This document shows, piece by piece, positions 26,326 through 62,800 of a stretch of 64,000 nt of DNA (within the stretch, counting starts at the first letter, position 1; each line of letters opens with the position of its first letter). The position numbers and the translations under genes were made by a program. The stretch is taken from NCBI RefSeq assembly GCF_009914755.1, contig NC_060929.1; one strand, given 5' to 3'. The DNA is from the human T2T-CHM13v2.0 reference genome, Homo sapiens. The notes beneath the pieces are model-generated. The model did no database searches and had not been told where the DNA came from. It was given only the letters and a program-made list of their open reading frames with translations.

Positions 26326-27192
26326 TTCTAGAATATTCGTAGAAAATTGTGTTCCCAAGTCAAGTTGCACTGGCATCACTGCAGGAATTTTTTAGGAAAG
26401 CAAAATCTCAGGACCACAACCCTGCCCCAGACCTCCTAAATCATTATCTGTAGTTCAAGAAGATGATCAGGTGATTCATATACATGTTAAAATTCAAGAC
26501 CAGGCATGGTGGCTCACACCTGTTATCCCAGAACTTTGGGAGGCCGAGGTGGGCAGATTGCTTAAGCCCAGGAGTTCAAGACCAGCCTGAGCAACGTGGT
26601 GAGATACTCGTCTCTACTAAAAATACAAAAATTACCTGGCAGGTGGCACACGCCTCTTATTCCAGCTACTTGGTGGGGCTGAGGTGAGAGAATCACTTGA
26701 GCCTCAGGAGGCAGTGGAGGTTACAGTGAGCCATGATCACACCAGTGCACTTCAGCCTGGGCAACAGAGCAAGACCTTGTCTCAAAAAATAAGTTAAATT
26801 TGAGAAGTAGACCGGGCACTGTGGCTCACTCCTGTAATCCCAGCACTTCGGGAGGCCGAGGCAGGTGTATCGCCTGAGCCCAGGAGTTCGAAATCAGCCT
26901 GGGCAACATGGCAAAACCCATCTCTACAAGAAATATAAAAATTAGCCAGGCATGGTGGCACGCATCTGTAGTCCCAACTATTCAGAAGGCTATGGTGGGA
27001 GGATCACCGGAGCCTGGAGGTTGAGACTGCAGTGAGCCATGATTATGCCACTGCACTCCAGCCTGTCAACAGAGGCCTTGTCTCAAAAAAGAAAAAAAAT
27101 GTAATTAAAAAAATAAAAATTTGAAAAGTACCATAGACCATACATTAGATATGTAATTAAAGTAATTGGATATTGTTGGTTTTGGTTAACAG

Positions 27193-27296
27193 ACAGACCT
27201 TCCAGAACTTGATACACCAGAATCTGCCAGAATAATAGCTTTCATCTCTTGGCTTAGAGAGCAGAGACCATTTTTCCCAATACTTTATGTAATAAG
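27193..27296 (+). CDS. SEC24A: SEC24A exon I (penultimate), phase 0-2
   Basis: taacag|ACA...ATAAG|gtaagt; TDLPELDTPESARIIAFISWLREQRPFFPILYVIR; 104 nt. Confidence 0.93.
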
Positions 27297-27461
27297 GTAA
27301 GTTGAATTTTCCATTTGCTAGTAGTAAAACAATTTGTTTGGCCTTGCCAGGACCTGACAAGAGTATAGCAAAAAAAAAGAAGAAAGAAAAAGAGTTCTTC
27401 TCAATAAATAGCAGTAAATCATACCTTATATCCAATGATTGGAAATACAGAACTTTTTTCA

Positions 27462-28402
<941 letters not shown>

Positions 28403-28605
28403 ACTATTTCTCTTAATTCCACCATAAGCTTTTCCCTTAAACAACTTGAAATTTACATAATCAACCAAGTATTCTCAGAGAAAGCCTCTAGAAGTAACTG
28501 TTTATATAGTAAATGTTATTAGGGTTATGAGGAAATCAAAAGCCTTCTGACAAGTCTATTTTACTGCTACATTTTATCTAAATTTTTTTGCCTTTTATTC
28601 CTAAG

Positions 28606-28720
28606 GGATGAGAGTCCAATGAAAGCAAACTTCCTTCAAAACATGATAGAAGACAGAACAGAATCTGCATTATCATATTATGAATTCCTGTTGCATATAC
28701 AGCAACAAGTGAATAAATGA
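28606..28720 (+). CDS. SEC24A: SEC24A terminal coding exon J to TGA
   Basis: cctaag|G GAT...AAT AAA TGA; DESPMKANFLQNMIEDRTESALSYYEFLLHIQQQVNK*, typical Sec24 C-terminus. Confidence 0.95.
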
Positions 28721-31540
28721 ATGAATGAAGAAATTTGACTTATTTTTAAGGAATGTCACGATAGTGCAGAATACCTGGAAATGTGTAATACCTTCTTTTT
28801 CTATTATGTTTGTGGACTAATGTGATGATTGAGATGTTCTCACTGTGATTTCAACAACCTATAGCAAATAAAAGACCACAGCAGAGAATCAAACATGCAA
28901 CTCTGAAATACTGTATTTTTCAAATCAGAATATAGCTACGTATGATTGGATACTTTTTTCTTGCCAATTATGTTTGAGTTGTTATGGATTAAAATAAGAA
29001 TATTGCAGAGGCAAAGTACATTTTGTAAAATAAAGATTTCTGTGTTCTACATGTATATTTCTCATTTTTAATTTTTCTGAATCTTTGGCTGCTACATTTA
29101 AAACCTCACAAACCTAAGTGTTGCAGGGAAGTTACAAATTGATTGGTAGTGATGTTTTTAAAATAAAAACAATGGAAAGTAAATATAATGTAGGAAAACT
29201 AGAATTCATTCCCCACACGTGTCTTTTTTTTTTCTTTGTTAAGGGAAAGGATCATGTTGACTAAAACTAAACTAATTCTAGTATAGCTTGAGAAAAATAT
29301 GAAGAAACACATTCAAGCTTTAAAATCTGTCAGTATTCTTTATGCTTGAAGAACAAAGTCACTTTGATTTGAAGTGAGAACTATCATTAGGTGGTTTTCT
29401 GATTTCCTGATGAAGAGTTGGACATACTGTCTTAATCTATAGTGAAAAGAATTTGAGCTGTCTTCATAAACACTGGGACTAGCAATGATAATAGGGAGAT
29501 AAGAAACTTTAATTATCTTGATCCTTTAAGTGGATTTTATTTGGTGCATTTCTGCTCTGGGTATATAATAAAAGTGGGGGTTTTTGGTGAAATGAGTGAA
29601 GAAATGAAAGGTTTCTAAAGTGCTATCCAAATACATCAGTAACATTTTTCTAAGGAGTTTAATTGTTAAATTGGAAGTCATTCATAAGAAATATTTATGC
29701 TTGAATATGAAAATCTATGAAAGCATAAATGCTGCTGTTTGATTTGGTGGATATTAAGATTATACACATCCAACATATTAAAGTTATGAAAGAAACTTGA
29801 CTTCTGAAAATCCTTAAGAGACTGCTTTCTTGATTCAGCTAGAGAAATATTATAGTCAAAACTATTGAGTGAATTTTGTTTACAAATAGGTAAATTATAC
29901 ATTTGTATATTTAAAGTGCTGTGACATAGTATCTTTAAGAGTTTGGCTCAGTTTTCACAGATTCATTTTGTCTTAAGAATTTCTTAAATATGTTCATGTA
30001 TAATACTTGATCAAAATATTTTTGGGTTTTTTGTTTTGTTTTAATGGGTTAGAAAATGTTTACAATCTTGGTCTTATATGATCACCAATGGAATAGTAAC
30101 TTCCAGGTTTATATCAATATGAGCTGACTTTAACTGAGTTGTTTGGGATAGGGAAGAAGCAGTCCCTCTACAGTATACAACTACTGCTTGCCAGCTGGAT
30201 CAAAATAATCATGTTTTATGAAAATATCTCCCTTAAGCAGTGTTAAGGTTGGTTTGCAGTGTGTAAGTGGCACATTGAACTGGAAGTTTTCTTGAAAGCT
30301 GCTTCATCTATTAAGAAGCAATTTTCAAATTGTAGCGAATTATATTATCCCCTCTTTTAAAGAAACAGTCGTTATATGCTGATGTTTCTTAAAATAACTA
30401 AAATGTTCCTCTTAATGTGATTTTAAATGGAGTTATTTGTAGGTCCTTTCTTAGTAGTAAAGAATCTTCTAGAGGGAAACATTTGTGCTTTTAGGGATAA
30501 TCTTCCTTGTGCCTCACTACATCCCTAAGTGGGTATGACTCTTGTTATTACCACATGCTTTTTTAGTATATTTCACAAATTTACTTTTAAATATTATTTT
30601 AGATACGGTGTAACATGTGCAATTCAGAATAATTTTATAACAGGTCATGAAAAACATAACTTTAGTTAGGATTCACAATATTTGTTCTCCACATAATGAG
30701 AGAATGAATGAGCCTTTGGAGATACTGATATAAGGCAATTATTTTTTGCAATGTTGAATGTGTTTTTTAGTTTGATTCTTTTTTTTTCCCCCAATAGGGC
30801 ACTACCTGCCATATCATCTTGTATTACTTTTTGATGTAAAGCGACTAATATTTACACTATGCCATATTTTTTTTAATTATAGTTGTAAATTATGAAAGAT
30901 CCTTGAATTTTCTACAGATCTACAACTACTAATGTAACAGACAAGGGCAATCTTGGTATTTAAATCTGAGCATGGCAGTTCTACCATAAAAAGTACTCTA
31001 TTTTTCTAATTTCTAGGATTTTTAAAATAACATTTCTGTAAGTCTGACATACTAATAGTCACTCAAGCAGTACCATTTATTTTAGTTTGCATATATTTTC
31101 ACTGTTTTTAATTTAATGTATTGAGTCTAATAGACTGTTTTGCAATAATTAGAATAAAGATTTATTTCTTCTAATCAAAGATGCATAACAGCTATTATCT
31201 AGGGGACCACCAAATGTGATTTCAAAATTTTGTTAACTATTACAAATGTAATCCTTATATAGAAATTTTAATTTTGTAAAGTAGTGTATAATATTGTAAT
31301 ATTAAATTCTTGTTCTTAAATTCAAATATGTATTGATCTTCAATGTGCTGTGTTAAATCTTGCTTCTCTGAAAAGTTGGAGACAAGATTTGTCTTCCTTT
31401 TTACAGTTTGTAATTTTCACTGTTTTATTCCTGTTAAAAAAAAAAAAAAGTCATTTGTAACCCATGCAGACCATTGTTTGATCTATGCTAACTTATCAAC
31501 TTGGCTATTCAATAAAGTTAATTGAAAAGAGCTTATATAT
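28721..31540 (+). other. SEC24A: SEC24A 3'UTR (~2.8 kb, AT-rich, Alu-free)
   Basis: Unique sequence from the stop codon to AATAAA at 31511; Alus resume at ~31567; end position approximate. Confidence 0.75.
31511..31516 (+). terminator. Probable distal SEC24A poly(A) signal
   Basis: AATAAA at the end of the unique UTR; further AATAAA at 28867, 29029, 29162, 29567, 31153. Confidence 0.7.
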
Positions 31541-31566
31541 AGTGACTAGTTATTTAAAGTGATATG

Positions 31567-33653
<2,087 letters not shown>

Positions 33654-34684
33654 TAAAGATTCTTGTCTACAATTCTGAAAAACTCCCAGCCATTTCCTTT
33701 TCAAATATTTGAAAACTGTTCTATAAAATTAATTCTTTCTGGAATAAATTTCTATTCCAACTTTTAACTCGGCTGGAAGAATTTAAGTGTTGTATTTCTT
33801 CATGTTCGTTGGAATATGGGTTTTCAGGCATATTTGAGGGGAAGTATTTTTATTTTTGTTTTAGTTCTTCTCTCTTTGTTTATGCCTACCTCTTATCTAA
33901 GGGTTTTATAATTGCCTTTTCCTGACCCCTTTTCCAGAACTAGGGCTCTTAGTGGTGCTTCTGGGCTCCTATTCTGTAATGATTTGGGGATATCATCATT
34001 GCAGTCACCTATAGTGGGAAGTGTAATTGTTGCCCTCCCTTCTGCCTTCTTTCTTTTAAAGCGGAAATCCAAGGCTGTGTAGGTCAATAGCGAGTTATGA
34101 TTTGAACATTTTGGAGTGAGGACAGGCTTTAAACAGTTTGGTCTGGTCTTCCTTGTCTCATATAGAGCATGAATAATGCCTGTCACCCCATAAAATGTTC
34201 TCTTTCTCCTGCTTCTGGACCTGCAGCCCACCAGGCATCTGATTTCAACTCTACACTTCCTTGTGTTTCTGACTCTTTGATCTGCTGAGATGTTCCTCTC
34301 ATGGTTTTGAATCAAGCAAGCTATCTTTTGTCTCCTTTTTTATTTTTAACTGTGTGTAGTAGAGGAATCCAAGCATCAACTTACTGCCATAATTGTAACC
34401 CCAAAAACTGGATTCTAATTTTATCACTTAATTATTGCTATTCAATCTGTTCAGCTTTGTATCTACAGTTTATTTTAAAAATTACTAATATTAGCCTACC
34501 TAAAAAAATACTAGGATCAAATACAAATCATATAAAAAAGTCACTGAAAATGCCAAGTTTTGACACTTGCTCTAAGAGAAAAATTTCTGCAAATATTCTG
34601 GTAAATTTAGTCTAGTACTAAAGTCTGGTACTCAGTGCTAGACTTGGGGCAAAGTGGTACTTTTTTTAAAAAAGGGAAGGGCCT

Positions 34685-41942
<7,258 letters not shown>

Positions 41943-41949
41943 CTGGGTG

Positions 41950-42450
41950 CTGGTTTTCTTCACCTCCGAGTGAACAGCAGAGGGGGCTGTTGGGTGAGGG
42001 CCAGAAGAGTTGGGGAGGCACGAGGGCGTCCAGCGCTGCCCTCACTCAAGATGGCGGCCAGAGCCTCGCGCTTGGTCGCGTGGGGCGGTGCGTGAGTGCT
42101 TAGCTCACAGGCTCCGGGACCGCGCTCGGGGGCGGGTCTATAGTGGGAAGGGGACGCGCGCCCTGCGGCCCGGCCTCTAGTCATCGCCCTCGCAGCGGCG
42201 GCCAACATCACCGCCACTGCCACCCCTCCCAGACTGTGGACGGGAGGATGGAGTCGATGGCCGTCGCTACCGACGGCGGGGAGAGGCCGGGGGTCCCAGC
42301 GGGCTCAGGTCTGTCGGCTTCCCAGCGTCGGGCGGAGCTGCGTCGGAGAAAGCTGCTCATGAACTCGGAACAGCGCATCAACCGGATCATGGGCTTTCAC
42401 AGGCCCGGGAGCGGCGCGGGTAAGAGCCTCGATTTCCCCTCAGTCTCCCG
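41950..42450 (+). promoter_or_regulatory. CAMLG CpG-island promoter / 5'UTR
   Basis: CpG-dense; YY1-type CAAGATGGCGGC at 42047-42058; GC boxes near 42082 and 42128. Confidence 0.85.
42248..42419 (+). CDS. CAMLG: CAMLG exon 1 (calcium-modulating cyclophilin ligand, GET2-like subunit of the TRC40/GET insertase)
   Basis: AGG ATG G Kozak; [57 protein letters not shown]; G|gtaag; 172 nt. Confidence 0.97.
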
Positions 42451-43454
42451 CCCATCACCTTGAATCTTCAGGGTCATTCTTCCCTCTCCCACCTCCACTC
42501 CTCTGACCTTTTTGACCAAGCCTTGCTCTTTGATTTCCTCTCTGTCCCGCCCCTTCGGTGATATCCCAAGTTCTCATCCCTGAACCCCAGGATGTTCCTA
42601 GTCGCTCCCCTCAATTTTCCCGGGGCCTCGCCGTGAGATTTTCCCCACCCTGCCTGCAGAGCTCTCACTCCCTCTTCCCAGTTACGTTGAACAGCCCCTT
42701 TTTTCCTTAGCCACTCCTCGCCTTTCTTGAAGGGCGCACGTTGTATCCCCAGACTGTCATGTCTACTGCTCCCCTTAGGAAGATGGCTTTCCTTCTTAAG
42801 GTTCCAAGTGCTTTTCCTTACAGTGCCTTCTCTAGCGTCTACCTTCTTTTGCCTTTTGCTGTGTAACTCCTGTCCGCCCACATCAGCCTGTCTTTACTGA
42901 ACTGCCCGCTAGTTCATCCTACGTGTATCAGGGACTCTTGTGCTCATATCCTAGTGTTTGTGTTCAGTGCCGTCAACACTGTCACCTACGGGCCGGCTAG
43001 AAAAGGTGGGAAAAGTGAGAGTGAGCATTCTTCAGAGACCCAGCAAGTGCGAAGTGCACACCTGAGAGTTTCCTCTCCTCATGAGGGGATATTGTTGTGA
43101 TTGATGTCTGGAGCTGCATTTCTAAGGAGAGCGCCTCCTTCCTCCCCCAAACACATGTCCAATGATTTTCTTTAAAAAAAATTTATTTCACGTGAGTATA
43201 ATTGAGCAATTAGCGCGCCCTAGTGTTATCTAAGTTTCCAGTGTTTCCTTTAGTAATTGGCCTTTAGTCACTGGTCGCAAGCTCCTTATATCTTTGTGAC
43301 TTTTGTTCTGTAAGGCTTTAGGTGTATAGCTCTGAACTTTTAGGCAGTTCAAATGAGAGGTAAGAAAACCATTTCAAATTCTTCTAGAACAATAGAAGAA
43401 ACATTTTTCTATCGGGCTATTTATTCTTAAAGCATTATTTATGATCTTACCTGA

Positions 43455-43634
<180 letters not shown>

Positions 43635-44689
43635 TAGGACCACAGGTGTACACCACCATGCCTGGCTAATTTAAAAAAAAATTGTGTGTGTGGAGATGGG
43701 GGGGTCTCACTATGTTTCCTAAGCTGGTCTGGAACTTCTGGGCTCAAGTGATCCACCAGCCTTGGCTTCCAAAAGTGCTGGGCTTACAGGATTACAGGTG
43801 TGAGCCATTGTGCCTGGCCTTTTTTTTAAAACAAAAACAAAAACAAAACCCCAGAGTAGTGTCTTAAAACTGCTGAAGTGCCTACTAATGGCTGCCTGAC
43901 TACATAAACAGTAGCTTTGGGATATGCCACACCCTATGCTCATAGGGCACTGGATTCAGAAATCTAATTTTAAAATATAGATTTTAAAAGGCTTTACTGA
44001 TTTTATATTTTTAACCAAATAAGCTAAGGCAGGCAATGCAATCATACATCTGGGATATATTATCCATAAAAAGTTGGTCTTTTCAGCTTGCTCCATCTCT
44101 GAATATCTTTCCCAGTTTGTCTACTAATCTTATCTCCTACCCACAAAGTTTGGGTTATTTCCTCTGCAGAATATTCATTTTGGGTGATACATTTTGAGGG
44201 TGTAGAGGAAGAATCCAGCTTTTTTCTTTTTTTTGTTTTGAGATGGAGTCTCGCTCTGTCGCCAGGCAGATGCAGATGGAGTGTAGTGGCGCAGTGTCTG
44301 CAACCTCCTCCCCCCGGGTTTCAAGTGATTCTCCTGCCTCAGCCAGAGTAGCTGGGACTATAGGCAGCTGGGACTACAGACACACGCCACCACACCCAGC
44401 TAATTTTTGTATTTTTAGTAGAGACGGGGTTTCACCATGTTGGCTAGGATGGTCTCAATCTCTTGACCTCATGATCCGCCCGCCTCAGCCTCCCAAAGTG
44501 TTGGGATTACAGGCGTGAGCCACGGCACCTGGCCGAAACCAGCTTTTCTTTAATGCAGAATCGGTATTTATTTATTTTGATGCAGAGGCTGCTGAGTTCT
44601 AGCTGCAACAGCATATTTTAAAACATAAACATGTAAGGTGTTTGCCAGTATGGAATAAATACATAAGGCTTTTACATTTCTTTTCTCAG

Positions 44690-45150
44690 AAGAAGAAAGT
44701 CAAACAAAATCAAAGCAGCAGGACAGTGATAAACTGAACTCCCTCAGCGTTCCTTCCGTTTCAAAGCGAGTAGTGCTGGGTGATTCAGTCAGTACAGGAA
44801 CAACTGACCAGCAGGGTGGTGTGGCCGAGGTAAAGGGGACCCAACTGGGAGACAAATTGGACTCGTTCATTAAACCACCTGAGTGCAGTAGTGATGTCAA
44901 CCTTGAGCTCCGGCAGCGGAACAGAGGGGACCTGACAGCGGACTCGGTCCAGAGGGGTTCCCGCCATGGCCTAGAGCAGTACCTTTCCAGATTCGAAGAA
45001 GCAATGAAGCTAAGGAAACAGCTGATTAGTGAAAAACCCAGTCAAGAGGATGGAAATACAACAGAAGAATTTGACTCTTTTCGAATATTTAGATTGGTGG
45101 GATGTGCTCTTCTTGCTCTTGGAGTCAGAGCTTTTGTTTGCAAATACTTG
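44690..45150 (+). CDS. CAMLG: CAMLG exon 2
   Basis: tctcag|AA GAA GAA AGT...TAC TTG|gtaag; [12 protein letters not shown]...[23 protein letters not shown]; 461 nt. Confidence 0.97.
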
Positions 45151-45349
45151 GTAAGAAAAGATCTGTAAATTATTAACTAACTTAATGGAAAATGCAAAAT
45201 GTTAATAATTATGAGTGCTTTTGATCATAGAAGTCATTGCCAGTATTAATATCTACCAGATCCATGTGGCTGTTTGAAGATATATTATTAACTTTGCTAT
45301 TCATCTCATAGAATGAAGTGTTCTGGTTAAATACAGAGCCTAATAATTA

Positions 45350-45833
<484 letters not shown>

Positions 45834-45879
45834 TACTAAAACCCATTTTTCATTCTACGGACCTTTCTCATTGTTTTGC

Positions 45880-46030
45880 ATACATTAATTCATCTAATCC
45901 TCATTCTTATGAACTTGGTATTATGTGAATCCATTGGGAAATGAAGACTCAGAGAGGTTAAACCATTTGCCCAAGGTCACACAGCTACTAAGCGGTGCTA
46001 GGATTAAACCCTGGCAGTTTCAGTCCTTAA
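45880..46030. mobile_element. MIR fragment (another at ~12070-12200)
   Basis: GACTCAGAGAGGTTAAACCATTTGCCCAAGGTCACACAGCTA core. Confidence 0.75.
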
Positions 46031-46377
46031 CCAAAGGGTTAAGTGCTTTACATATATATACTGTATATTATCAATTTTCAAATAATTTGAAATAGTAAAA
46101 TGCAGTTCCTCTGGTCCTGAATATGAGGTAATCTTCCTATGGTTCAGAAGACATTTCAGCATTTCCTAATATATCATAATGAGTCCATTTTGGTTGTACC
46201 ATGATGTAGTCATTTTGTTTTATAGTATATTAAAGAATGCAGAAAAGCATAGCTCATAGTTCAGTGTCTTGCTCTGAGGTTTTTCCATTCAGTAGACATT
46301 TTAAGTATATGTACCAGGCACATAAATATCCAGATAATTAAAGTTTATATCATTAAGCAAAACAGTTTTTGTAAATC

Positions 46378-54201
<7,824 letters not shown>

Positions 54202-54386
54202 CTAGCAGATTGATGAGTTACATATTATATGCTCAGTAAATGTTGGTATCTTACTGATTGTTTTGAAACATCATTAACAGTTTTTAAATCATTTCGGTTA
54301 AAAACAGCAGTACTGATCATGTTTGTATAGAGCTTAATGTAGCCTGCTGAAACTTTGAAGATTAATTTGAGTCTTTCTCTACACAG

Positions 54387-54578
54387 AGTGAAAAGAAGAT
54401 AAAGACAACAGTACTAACAGCTGCACTTCTATTGTCGGGAATTCCTGCCGAAGTGATAAATCGATCAATGGATACCTATAGCAAAATGGGCGAAGTCTTC
54501 ACAGATCTCTGTGTCTACTTTTTCACTTTTATCTTTTGTCATGAACTGCTTGATTATTGGGGCTCTGAAGTACCATGA
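54387..54578 (+). CDS. CAMLG: CAMLG exon 4 to TGA
   Basis: acacag|AGT GAA AAG...GTA CCA TGA; [18 protein letters not shown]...[10 protein letters not shown]; 172+461+66+192 = 891 nt = 296 aa. Confidence 0.97.
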   Translation, partial: SEKKIKTTVLTAALLLSGIPAEVINRSMDTYSKMGEVFTDLCVYFFTFIFCHELLDYWGSEVP

Positions 54579-54984
54579 AGCCTGTAGAACTGAGAAGGAG
54601 AAGCTTACAAAAAAAAAAAAATCCTCTTCTATATTGCAGTGTCTCTAAAGGAGGCAAATTGGTTTACACCTTCATGTAATTCTTTTACTTTAGGGGTTGT
54701 AAAGCTACTTTATTAGATATAGAATGGCAGATTCTCTGATTTAAAAGGGCTGAGTTTGTATTATTACTGATATGAAGAATAGAGTACCAATGTCATTAAT
54801 TGATTTTTCTTGTTAATCAGAATTCCTATTCTGTACCTTTCCTCTAACTTCTCAGATTTGTAATTCTTCTTTTGGGAGCTGAGCTAGTGCTTTTAGGAGA
54901 ACAGATAAATGTGGTCTCAGCCAGCCCTAGAGACTGCTTCTTGTGTTTGTGTCATTCTGTCCTGAGAAATGAAGTCATCTGAAA

Positions 54985-54990
54985 AATAAA
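54985..54990 (+). terminator. Probable CAMLG poly(A) signal
   Basis: AATAAA ~410 nt after the stop, with U/GU-rich sequence downstream. Confidence 0.7.
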
Positions 54991-55309
54991 ATGAAAGAAA
55001 CTGAATTGTCTAATGTTAACTCTGCACATTGTAACTTTTCTTGTTGAGTTAGTATCTTAATTTTTACTCCAGCACAAGTATTTAATCAAAGAAAAGATTC
55101 ATACATGTGAAATTGGAAGGTATTTATAAAATTTTTATTGCTGTATACCAAACTCAGAATTGGAACTTTTTACATTTGAGTTTCACTTTTTAGAAGTATG
55201 TTTTAAGCAAGCAAAAACAAAATGGGATGTGAAGAATTGAGGCATGCAACCCAATAGCATAAATGTCCTTTTTCCCCCCAAATATGGTCTAGATGAGTTA
55301 TTATAAACA

Positions 55310-62000
<6,691 letters not shown>

Positions 62001-62099
62001 CTTTAGTCATCTGTTTCCCGGATAGACTGTGAGCTCCCCAGGATCTAGCACAAGCCTGGCATATGACAACATAAATAAATGAGTGAATGTATACATGAA

Positions 62100-62800
62100 T
62101 AAAGAGCGTGTACGGAGAAAGTTGCCGCATTATTTAGCGCAAATTAAGGCAGACATCAGCCTGCCCAGGACGCCTCTTTGGCTCTGGCGCGAAACACCCT
62201 CACGGGCCGGCGAGGCTGACGCGCTGCGCTCCATCGCACTAATCAGCCGGGCGTGGTGCGGGCGCCGGGAAGACTGGGCGGGGCGAAGGCATCACCTTTC
62301 GATGGGGCCGGCGCTGTGCGTCCTCCAGTCGAGGTGGGGCGCTGTGGAAGAGCGGCAGCTTCCGGTCGGCTTTTCTCTTCCTTCGGCTGCCGGCGCCAGC
62401 ACGTCCTGTTTTCGTTGGCCGCGCTGGGATGGCCGCCACAGCTGTAGGTGCTGCTAGTGTTTAGCGCTGGTCTTTGCCGGGCGTTGAGGGCAGCTCAGCC
62501 TCCTTGTTTGTCCGGTTCGCCTGTGCGTGGTACTCAAGGGCACCAGTATTCCCGCGGTCGGCAGCATGGGTCGGGAGTCACGGTGAGGCAGAGCGCCGAG
62601 CGGGCTAGCGGGCGAGCGGCTTCTTGGGGTCGTGAGAAGAGGCGGGAGTTGAGGTGGCCGCCGGGCCAGGCCTGGCGCGGCCCCACGTGCGGTCAGCGCT
62701 GCCCCGCGAGCATTGGAAGGGCTGGGGGACCTCGGCTGAGGGAATGGTTGTGTTTGGGCCAGCGACGGCTTCCCCTGCACTACCATCAGAGGGTTCGAGC
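62100..62800 (+). promoter_or_regulatory. DDX46 CpG-island promoter / first exon
   Basis: CpG-dense; GC box 62276-62285; ETS-type CTTCCGG 62359-62365; pyrimidine tract 62370-62384. Confidence 0.85.
62566..62582 (+). CDS. DDX46: DDX46 (DEAD-box helicase, Prp5 orthologue) first coding exon; gene continues beyond the window
   Basis: AGC ATG GGT CGG GAG TCA CG|gtgagg = MGRES(R), matching the DDX46 N-terminus as I recall it; expected neighbour of CAMLG; only 17 nt of CDS visible. Confidence 0.85.

Noticed and set aside
33893-34315. 140-codon minus-strand non-Alu ORF
   Set aside because: Starts at TTG, no recognisable domain, no promoter or splice context; probably chance or a decayed old repeat.
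45151-45156. CAMLG exon 2 donor, where I recall a c.633+4A>G disease allele
   Set aside because: Window has GTAAGA with A at +4, the normal consensus; nothing anomalous.
54608-54622. A-run in the CAMLG 3'UTR (and 31436-31449 in the SEC24A 3'UTR) as poly(A) sites
   Set aside because: Genomic A-tracts with no adjacent upstream AATAAA; likely internal-priming artefacts in 3'-end data.
62241-62266. Alu-right-arm-like 26-mer in the DDX46 core promoter
   Set aside because: Too short and GC-rich to distinguish from chance; no flanking Alu sequence.
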